Shown piece by piece: positions 54,159 to 64,000 of a stretch of 64,000 nucleotides of DNA. Location: NCBI GenBank assembly GCA_051362555.1, contig CM120642.1, positions 26,784,001 through 26,848,000 of the forward strand, given 5' to 3'. Within the stretch, counting starts at the first letter, position 1, and each line of letters begins with the position of its first letter. The position numbers and the translations under genes were made by a program. The stretch comes from Lingula anatina (taxonomy: Eukaryota; Animalia; Brachiopoda). Below the pieces are notes generated by a model. The model was not told the origin of the DNA and ran no database searches. It worked only from the letters and a program-made list of their open reading frames with translations.

Positions 54159-54859
54159 GTTCACAACAAAAAAAACTGTTTTTGTGAAGTCTATTTAAAC
54201 TCGTCTATTTTATTTGAAATCATTTGAAGTGCTCTAAAAGACAATAAAACGGTTATTGTGCAAAGTAGCGTTATATTAAACTGATGCCCAAGATGAGTTC
54301 GAAATGATCCGTTGGGCTCAACTGCAACTCGCCTCGTGTGACGTAGACCGCGAATTCGACACGGCGTGTCTGTGTTGGGGCCTGTTTTACAGAAAAAAAG
54401 CTTAACTCTATTTTCTATATTTTAGTCTACTGTCACTCACAGTTTAACCAATTGTTGTCCACTTGAATGAGGTCGAGCATACTGTACCGTTTTACCAAAT
54501 GTGTAGGCCTACGTAAGAAATGACTAAAGTTTTAGACCGATAATTCAGCAAGGAGGCACATGATTTACGTCACCTTTTTAGTGTTGAAGACTGTTTATTC
54601 TGATTTTAACAATAGCAAATCCAAGAAAGAAGGGGGTAACATGGACAGGAAGTTGACGAGAGGGGCATTTTCCTTTGTATAAACAAATGTTATTCTTATA
54701 ATTTAGGTTGTCACTGAACACGCGCTGAAGATTTATCATGATTGGATAGAAATCAAAAAGTAACTACCTGACTGTTTGCTACCTGATGATGTCGTACTAT
54801 GATATCGATTTTTACATAGTTGTCTTTATTGCCTTTAGACTACTTGAAAGGTAACGACG

Positions 54860-55182
54860 CAGGGGCGGATCCAGGATTGTTTGAAGGGGGATACGGTTTT
54901 TAGGTTTGACCGGCCGCGAATGCGTAGCCAACCCTCGCCCGCCACCCCCCACCCCCACCCCCCTGGCGTGGGGTTCGGGGCACGCTGAAGGGCCCCGAAA
55001 TTTTTTGGTATTTTAGAGGGTGAACGATGCCATTTGGTACGGTTTAGAACCATGATTCAGCTAGCCAAAATTCTAATTTCAAGGAGAGACCATTGGTGAG
55101 ATTTTTTTCAGAAATCGAAGGGGGGGGGGGGGGGGGGGTCAGGACCTTTGGACCCCCCCCCCCCCCTCTAAATCCGCCACTG
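54860..55182. mobile_element. Non-autonomous TIR element (CAGGGGCGGAT-type MITE), ~323 bp
   Basis: CAGGGGCGGATCCAG vs reverse complement of right end CAGTGGCGGATTTAG (12/15); GC-rich interior with poly-G/poly-C runs; no clear 8-bp TSD. Confidence 0.7.
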
Positions 55183-56977
55183 CGTCGGTCTCTCCCTTAG
55201 CGGGCAACAATGAAACACTCATGACGTTATCAAAATGAAATGTTTCGTAATTTTTATTTTAATTATTTAATCTGTCAGAAAAAGTTGTATTAGAGGCTTC
55301 ATGGTAAAAGAAACGATGCATGAACTCTCGGTCGCTTTATTTCAATGAGCAGGAAAAACTTAAGTCTGTCACGTACCAGTGGACATGCTTATTTTTATAT
55401 GCAGTATTTTCTTTGACAGAACAAACTAATATCTATGGTTCTAAAAAATTCTCACTCTTCCTACTAGTAGTACTACCTTGTCTGTTTTATATTTTTTAGC
55501 TTGGTGAAAAACGCGTGCGTAGGTTTTTCTATATGCGTCATGGTACGACCTCGGAGCGAGTGGATGTCACACAAACCTTTGTTCCGAGTGACGTTGTTAT
55601 GCCCTGTCTCGTAATAGATTTTTTTGCATATTTTTATATGTAAATTGTAAGTCGAGAAACAGAGTCAAGAAAAATTATGTAACCATTCATATATGGCTTT
55701 TATAGTAGGAAGGAGTTGTCCTGTAATCATAATTTAGAAGCTGTTTGCGACGACCAGGAAAAAAAACGATTTAGTGATAGAACACTCATTTTCCCATTGA
55801 TTTGAATGAGGACCAGTGCGTAATTTTGCATTTCAACTTGGCATAGTTCTCTTATTATTATTATTATTATTATTGAAAATTTTTGTATATCTCTTCTAAC
55901 ATTTTTTTAATCGAACGTCGACCTACCATAACTACGGATTACTACAACGGCAATGATTGAACCTATAGCTGATTTAAACTGCAGAGAATAACCATATAAT
56001 GGTAAGCTGAAACAATGGTGTATACCTAAATAAATTCTATCCAGGCGTCAGTTTGTTATTATTTCACCTTCACGTTTGATCTTGGACGAATAAACTGACC
56101 TGATCGGCCGTTAATTGGTTGGCTGCTAGCCTGTTTGCAGGAGGCCACAATAGCATTTTGCGGTCTGCCAGGAACATTTGGTTTGTTTTACGTGTACATC
56201 AGACGGGTATTCATATTCCAAATGTCAAAATATCTTGCATATACTTGCCCTTTATCTTTTTTATTTGTTTGGAGAAGTGTGTTATATGCTGTGTACTTTA
56301 TAAGTATTATAGGATAAATATTCGCAAAGAAGGCAATTTTTTGAAACTGAAGTCAATGAGATTGCTTTTTCATTCTGGCTACCATACTATCTAAATTATT
56401 TGCAAGGAAAGAAGCTTTGTCAAAGTGTTTCCTACAGATAGAAAGGCAAAGGTAAGACATAGCATGGCAGTTATGTTCAAAGCTGATTCGCCTGCATTCA
56501 TTCCACAGTATAGTGTCGTCGCCATCTCGGGATTCAGAGCTTTGGGAATAACTCTAATTTACGCTCATCCGTCATCATTAAATTCTAAACCATAATCTGT
56601 TTAATGCGTCGTGACTGTGACGTTTTTACCACTTATTTTTTCTTTCAGTCCTCAAGTCTTTTTCTTAATTGATTCAAGAATGATTGCGCAATGTTTTAAA
56701 AATATCGGTTTTGTGGTTGATTCTTTACATTTTTTGCGAAAGCTGTCGTGTGCTGCACATTTTTATAGCATATAAGTATACAGTATATTTGGAAAAGTTG
56801 TCAAGATACGGGTATAATACGAACAATTTTATTCTCATAATTAAATAATATTAATACACATAAGTAATGTCCAAATTAACTTATATAATTGCTTAAAACA
56901 CATATGGCTTTGGTTGGTTTATTTAATAAATACGTCATTGTCTAATTCACTCGAATGAGTCTATTAGTAAAACGTAA

Positions 56978-57310
56978 TCATGAATCCGAATGACTCCATA
57001 ACACGTTTGAAAGAGAAATTTCTATCAGTTCTTTAAGATTTTCCCATACGACCCAGTCACGAATCAGACGGGAGGCTTCGTCCCTTTCCGTCCAGTTCCG
57101 TATCGTTTGGCTATCAGTGTTTACGGAGCCATCCGAACAAAGCCGAAGTTCACACATCCTTTGATAGAGTTCATTGATGATGCTGACCAGCTCTCGACGA
57201 GCAGCGATAAAAAATGTTTTGGAAGAAAGTGACATTTCTGGAATGTGGATGTCAAGATAGACGACATAACTTGTCAGTGCTCTAGATAGAAAAACCACTG
57301 CTGAGTTCGA
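56978..57310 (-). CDS. Putative helical cytokine, coding exon 3 (helices B-C-D, stop)
   Basis: Strong acceptor ctattttctttttctatttcag; 110 aa SNSAVVFLSRALTSYVVYLD...ELYQRMCEL...SRLIRDWVVWENLKELIE...-TGA. Confidence 0.78.
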   Translation of the reverse strand, partial: SNSAVVFLSRALTSYVVYLDIHIPEMSLSSKTFFIAARRELVSIINELYQRMCELRLCSDGSVNTDSQTIRNWTERDEASRLIRDWVVWENLKELIEISLSNVLWSHSDS

Positions 57311-59482
57311 CTGAAATAGAAAAAGAAAATAGTGTAAATGATTCAAGCGAAACCGTTTTCACTTATAAGTGCTTGTTACGAATAATAACGACTCGAAAAA
57401 TTTGGAAACATATTATACATTACATGCCTTTGTTAAGTTTTGACCGATTTCATTTTCGGGCTCCGTTGCTCTTTTTTAATCGTTCTTCATACAGAGGGGA
57501 TTGCGGTAATTAGCCGTTCTTGAATGAATTATTTGATAAAGTATCCTATATATGCAGGAGCTGCTTGAATATAAAATATTGTGTGCATGTCATGTCCGTC
57601 CCTGACATTATTAATTGCTAGCATGGAGTTAAATTACATAAACCAATTCCCAGATATGATGCTCATTTTTTAAAAGCGACAAAAATCAGTAAACATCTTA
57701 TTTTATGTAAAATCTCGAAACAGTTTTTTTCGAACAATTTTAGAATAATGTATCCGATGCATTTCTCATCTGTCGTGTGTATGTATCCTCAGTGCTAAAC
57801 ATTCTGTTTTCCATATGTTCCTAGAGACTCAACGTTTGCTCTGACTGTGCTTTTACATTCATATTTCTAAACAATCACATGAACCTTGTAATGAATAGCT
57901 AGACATGATATGATACATAGACACGATGATACATAGACACGATGATGTTTTGTTGAACAAAAATACGTAGGAAGGCCTTTATCTTTCGCACAGTAGAATT
58001 AAGGCAGATAAAAACGTTCAATTCATTGCTTACAACTGACCAGCGTTTTACAAAAGGCTGTATAACATACATGTATAAGATAAATTAGTATGGCAAAATG
58101 CAGTAAAAATACGGTCTGCGTCTTTGAAAATGCATGCCTCCATCAGAAATATTTAACAGCCATACTCTGAAGCTTATGTGGTGAATTTCAGATGGGGCGT
58201 AGCACTAGAAGCTATTTCCAGCCGTATGACACTGAATGAGGTGACAAGTACATCCAGGTCATTCCCTAGCGAAAGATCTCAGGGTTTTTTCACGGAAGTT
58301 TATGACGTAAGTTCCAGAATTTGACTGATATATAAATTCCTGATTCTAATTCCATTGGATGAATTAACACATCCTTTGGTCTTTATACCAGCATGTTTCT
58401 ATTGAACTTTTGATGTGTAAAAATGGTGTAACAGTAAAAGTAAAAACTGAATTCATGAAAGACATTTGTATGTGCTTTTCTATGATATTCTTAATTATTA
58501 TCTATTCATTTATTTGCGTGTGTGCTCACGTGTGTGTGGGCTGAATTCTTATGTCATGATTGAAATTTAGATAATACTAACCCAGTTTGTTTAACTGACA
58601 AAAAAAAAACTAAAGTAGCGTCCTTGAGTGTCATAAAGCGGCATTTATAATATAATAAACTGAACTTATATTGGTTGTAAGTAGGCCTACCTGCTACGAA
58701 AACCTGATGCTATTGAAAAAATTCACTTTAGATTTTTGCATTAATGGTTATTTATTTTTTATTTATATTTTTATTTATTTATTTATTTGTATCCAAGGCC
58801 TTGTTAATAAGACAAAGAAAGTAGACATGGATGGACAAGGAGACTTAATTGCTTAAAAGCAGCCTTTATAGCAACTGTATGGTCAGTATGAATAATCTTA
58901 AACCAAATCCAGAAGCAATAGACATATGATCTTTTCTGGCCTGAGAGGAAGATCTTTTTTCCAATGAAAACTGTTGCTCGCTTCATTTTGCTCATGTAAA
59001 GTTTCACTCTGAACTATTTAGTAAGTTCTTTTGTCTTTGGATTCATTTTTTATAACGAACATGGCACTTTGGCAAATTCAGTGAACTGAAGTCTGAAGGC
59101 TAATACAAAAAGTGTTAGTTACACGTATACATCTGATCTGAGAAATGTCATTTCGTAGACATTTTCACTCGCAAATATCTGACTACAAAGACAAATATTA
59201 TTAGAGATTATACAAGCCACTGCATGAAAAAATGTATACAGTTCACTCAAATTACCACCGAATTACACGTTTCAACATTTGCCTGACGTCATTCGTTTCA
59301 GACTGTTCATAAAACGATGCGGTTAAAAAAAGGTTAACATGACACCCCCTCCCCACCTCGTTTTCCAGACAAATTGTGAACAAAACACTTTGTGGTATGA
59401 AATAGCTTGTCGTGACAAAAAAAGTCATTCCATGGCTTTTTCCGATTCTATTTTATCTTATAAAAAATAAGCAAGGACTTAC

Positions 59483-59605
59483 TTGAAAGGTTGCAGCTAG
59501 GTGACGAGTTTTTCGTTGGAGTTGATTATTTATAGTCAGCCATCTTTTCTTTTCTCTTGCTCGTCTCCACATCTGAGTATCACTTGCTGCAAACGCTATC
59601 CTTAT
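59483..59605 (-). CDS. Putative helical cytokine, coding exon 2 (AB loop)
   Basis: ttctgtttgcag acceptor, CAA|gtaagt donor; 123 nt, only phase 0 is open: IRIAFAASDTQMWRRAREKKRWLTINNQLQRKTRHLAATFQ. Confidence 0.72.
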
Positions 59606-60029
59606 CTGCAAACAGAATATATTGGATGTCATAGGGCTCACTCCCAAAGAAACTATCGTTCTACGTGGCTCGATCCAACACCGCGGGGACTCTCGCTAAA
59701 TGCAATCAGTTTAACAGAATAACACTCCTCATCCTTTCGTTTAGTAGAATACAGACAGGCTGGTGATCATATGAATACGCTGGGAACAATTGGAGGCGTG
59801 TTTATCTCTTTATCTGACTGCATTCAGCGACATTGCCAGCGGAGTTAGATCGATCTACGTAGAACTATAGTGCCATTGGGAATGGGCCCATATGGATATT
59901 AAGTGGGTAAGTTGCAGATACGTTCAGTGAGAGATTACCGTGTTCATTGTACTGCACTAAAAACATCTTGCTATTTTACGTTTCCATAAAAGCTTTTAAT
60001 ACAATTGACAATGAAAATCGTGCAGGTAC

Positions 60030-60335
60030 CTGTTGGAGATAATTATTGGCAATAGAATCCAATAACGCCAACCTTTCCCTAATATTAGCCAGACTTCTTG
60101 CAATCACGCTTTCAGGGCGTCGATGGCTTGTCATGCAACTAGGAGAACATCGACGTTGGAGAGAAAATGAAATCATGATATTTCTTCTATGTCGTAAGGT
60201 CTTGACAGTAAATGGCGCGGTTGTTCCTGTGCTTAGAGGAATATTTGCCAGGGAAACCAAGTAAACTGTAATGAAAAAAAAACTACGAATGATAGCTAAT
60301 GGAATGAGTGTGCATCTGACGCTCATTTCTGACAT
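60030..60335 (-). CDS. Putative secreted helical cytokine (Unpaired/CNTF/IL-6-like), coding exon 1: signal peptide, RHRR furin site, helix A
   Basis: ATG at 60335; 102 codons MSEMSVRCTLIPLAIIRSFFFITVYLVSLA...RHRR...VIARSLANIRERLALLDSIANNYLQQ; CAG|gtacct donor, phase 0. Confidence 0.7.
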
Positions 60336-62170
60336 ACCGTTTGTTTCTTTTCTGTATCATAAACAAAAATTATTAATTAATTAAAATTGATGACTCACGG
60401 ATGTAACTTTCTGTTGATGCTTTTGGTGTTTGTGGTGTTATACGACTGTTTTTTTTTTTTTTTTTTTTAATTGCCACCTTTTACTGATGAAAAATTGCCC
60501 GGAAACAAACAGAATCACGTAAGATAAAAAGATAAAGCATTTGGTGACAAGGAATACATTTGCATGGAGGCAGTTTACACTGTATCTTGTCCAGGGACCC
60601 AAAGGAAAGAATCTCAAGGCATACTTTCCCTGAATCTAGGCAATAAAAAAGGTTCCATTCCTTCTGCTATTGATCTAAGAGTAAACCGCAACTATTTTTG
60701 ATTAACAATATCAGCGATATCCACCGTCAGTGGTATTTCCAATCTTAGCAGACATTATGTGGTCTTGTGTAGTGCATTTTGTGACCATCGGATTAAAAGA
60801 AAAAAGCATAATGTCTTGGAGTAAATGTGTTCGGTTCACCGCCAAGTTGCTCTTCTGTTTTGTTAAATATCAAAGTATGATGTGATCTGTATAAAACTTG
60901 ATGCAGCATTTTATTCAACTGACAGTTAAAAAATCCTATGCAGCAATAAAGGAAGGTGATCGATATTTTTCTTACTTAATTACTTAGTTAGGTATGCAAA
61001 TAGGCGTTAATTCTCAAAGAGGCATAGATGGTTTTCACACTATAACTTCCGTTGCCGGAAAATCTTTGCAAATTTTTAAGACAAAATTGTATTTGTCGAC
61101 CAGAAGTAATTTACGCTTTTCCAAATTTCTATCGAAAGGAAAAAAAACAGCAAAAACTCAGTTGAGTATCACACTTAACTACGCATTAAGCCATAAGAAA
61201 AAATTCATGATAAATTGCATTTATGTGAATACTTAAATTTGGCTGTCGGTGTGTAACGGAAAATTTGCAAAAATTACCTACCTGCCGAGAAATCCCCAAT
61301 TAAATCACTTTATGCATCATGTAAAGATGCCGAGTGAAATGCGCTTCGCTTCGCTTTTTTCTTTTAATTTCAACGCTAAATAGACATAGAAACGTAAACA
61401 ATTAAACATACCTGTTAAAAGAAGTTGTAGCCACCACATCGTTCCTTGGAATGGAATGCATTCGTAAATAGTACAATTTCCCTTTTTATTTTGTCTGCTA
61501 ACAAGATATAAATACCGTACAACAGAGGCATGCGTGGGCTGATTGTCACTCCTTTTAACTCAATCTATGTATTAACTTACGGAAGTCTTCTTAAATAAGC
61601 AAATACTTTAAAATTACCCAAAACTAACTGATATCGGACGAAAAAAAAGGTCCTGATTTGTGGTGAAAATTCGGAACTGAATTCTCACGCTTTGTTTACA
61701 TTTCAATTTTGAAAAGTGCGATTCTTCAACAGAGCAAATTTGATTTCACGTTGTACGCCCGCTGGAGTGAGATTTGACCGTCACGTGGTAAAAACTCCAG
61801 TTAGGAAGAATACAATTAGTTAAATGGACCTCGGGGCGTTACTCTGTGACATTTAGTGTACTACACTTTTTTAGGAAAGCAAAGTCAAGAGTTTTACCTT
61901 GTGACATTTGTCTACAAATGTTTTTCTTTGTTTTGCACGAGACAAATGCCAAGGCATTTGGTCTGGGGTTTAAGTCGAATTTGTTCAATCATCTATCGAA
62001 ACAATCGAAGATGAAGGTGAGCATTTAGGGTACCTTGTAATATTAAGACAAAGATAGGGCAAATAAAAAGAGATGCAAGGGAAATTTACTGACCGACCTA
62101 GATTTGGTTTTTAAGAACAAATAGAGTTAGAAATAGAGCTTCGGGGTCCAATGATTTTAGGCGATGTTTC

Positions 62171-62171
<1 letters not shown>

Positions 62172-62212
<41 letters not shown>

Positions 62213-62233
62213 GTTGTTGTTGTTGTTGTTGTT
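62172..62233. repeat. Compound (TTA)n-(TTG)n microsatellite
   Basis: Direct reading. Confidence 0.95.
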
Positions 62234-64000
62234 TGGTCGTTACCAGTCATTAACTATCGTCGTTTAAAAGAGAGATTGGCGATTTCCTGGTTCAAATGTC
62301 TCCATCTTATATGGTCGTGTGAAGAACAATATATGATGACTAACTTGCATTTTAGAACGTGGTCCGAACATACTTCAGGCTATTGAAAACATGGGGTAAT
62401 TTTGTAAAATGAAAGAAACGTGTAAGAAACGAAGCAAAGGTGGCGTGGGTTAAACAGGTCACACCATTAACACCAGGTCAAAAAGGTTTTGAGGGTGATT
62501 CCATACGTTAGGGTCTAATTCCCCATCTACTAAGCTAATGCAAAGAAGAACATTGACATAAGATAAAACAGTTACACTGAAGATACAGAGCGAATTTGCG
62601 AATTCGAGCTGATGATGTAACAACAGCGCTTCTGTGGTGAAATTGTGTTTTTGATTTGTTTTTTAAAGATCAAGATGACCCTTGCCTGAACAGCGCCAAG
62701 ACCGTTTTAACGCCTATTAAATCGCGACTATAAGTATGTGATTCGTTGCCAGGAATTCTCCTTGAAAGGCTCAGTTCTGATTTTGTCAATAAAGAGGCGA
62801 AATAATGCCTTTGTTGGATGTAACATCATTGTGAGGGGCTCATATCTCATCAACAAAAAATTCAAAAGCAAACGCTAAACAGTTTTCGTGATAACATCTA
62901 AGTTCTGGAGGTAAGACGCAACCCGATCACTATCTTACAACAACGAAGCTCAACCGTAGCTTAAAAGCAGAAGCGCAAAAGGTAATGAATGAAAAAAAAG
63001 AAATTTTGATTTTTTTGCTCTTAAACTGTTCAATTTGATCGCACTTGTATCTATATAAGTATTTTACATAAAAGAAACGAGAAAATGGTTATCTTGACCA
63101 ATTTAGGCCGCTTTAACGAAACGAACCACCTTAAAAATCTTACAAAAGTATTATACATTTAGATGCCACTTCAGGTCTACAGCAAAGAAAAACGCTTTTT
63201 AGGGCAAAGTTTTTTAACCGTACTTAACAGTATGTTATCAGTAAAATGTTGCTCAACGTGGGGGGATCGAATTCAGAAGTGTATTGTTTTTAGGTCCAAT
63301 CACCCGTGATTGAAAGTATCGCACTTTACATGCTTTTTTGGCCTTCAGGTAATGGATATTTTATTCTGCTTTTTCTTTTAAACGGACGTAAATGGCCGTA
63401 TACAGGGGAGGCGTATTTTTAAGTGACACGCGCATGGAATGGTCTAAATCTGGTCAAATATTACTATTATTTGAGTTTTTAATGACAGGAGTCCAGGTGT
63501 TTATACATTCAATTGTCTAAAGCCAGTGGATTACAAGTGTAATATGTACACTCGCAATCCAACCCAAATACCTAAAGTTAGAGAGTTACTCAACGTCTCA
63601 AAGCCTACGTCTCTTATGTTTTTCAGCTGATAATAAGATAATCCACGGCGAAATTTCTATTAATCACGAAAATGCTTGTTTTGGGAGGATAAACCACTTC
63701 CGAAAAATGTGTCACTGTGTTTGGTAAAAACGCATATTTTGAAAATAGCAATTGGTGCCAATAACTGATAAAACTAAGAGATTAAAGAGACTTGGGGTTG
63801 CTCCCACTCCCTCTCGCCCACCCTCTCCACCCCCTTCCCATATACAAACTCTCTGAGTTTAAACTATGGTGCTCTTTAATATACGGGAAACGGACCCACT
63901 CTCTTCTTGACATCCAGAAACCCCCTTGTGTTATAAGTTTATTATTATTATTATTATTCGGGGGGGGGGGGGGATATTTTAAGGCCACCTGCAATTATTA

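Noticed and set aside
58192-58306. Plus-strand exon-like segment (tttcag...gac|gtaagt) antisense to the cytokine intron
   Set aside because: One open frame but no partner exons, start codon or recognisable protein; could at most be a lncRNA exon
58691-58709. 19-nt minus-strand microexon candidate (aatag|CATCAGGTTTTCGTAGCAG|gtaggc)
   Set aside because: Would frameshift the phase-0 cytokine gene model
60046-60264. Plus-strand 72-aa ORF
   Set aside because: Antisense shadow of the signal-peptide exon on the minus strand
1-64000. CRISPR arrays, rRNA/tRNA genes, prokaryotic operons, transposase or reverse transcriptase ORFs
   Set aside because: None seen; the sequence is spliceosomal-intron-containing animal DNA and the repeats are microsatellites or MITEs

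Overview
Eukaryotic, AT-rich, intron-rich animal DNA. It is an invertebrate, probably a protostome or lophotrochozoan such as a mollusc (inferred from Notch sequence features, not verifiable here). Bases ~1-54200 hold almost all of a full-length Notch receptor gene on the + strand. I traced 33 coding exons (2873..51909) through GT/AG junctions. They splice in one frame (7433 nt, ~2477 aa) and encode 36 EGF repeats, 3 LNR, the HD/NOD domain with furin S1 sites, a TM helix, RAM (WFP), ankyrin repeats, polyQ and PEST. The signal-peptide exon is not found in the window and presumably lies upstream. The 19.9-kb intron contains a 252-bp palindromic Harbinger-type MITE and a 1.39-kb non-autonomous TIR element. 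Downstream and convergent on the - strand is a three-exon, all-phase-0 gene (60335->56978, 253 aa) that the ORF track only shows in fragments. It has a signal peptide, a furin site and a four-helix pattern resembling Unpaired/CNTF/IL-6-type long-chain helical cytokines, making it a candidate invertebrate JAK/STAT ligand and the most interesting feature of the window. CpG density rises sharply at the Notch 3' end, consistent with gene-body methylation.
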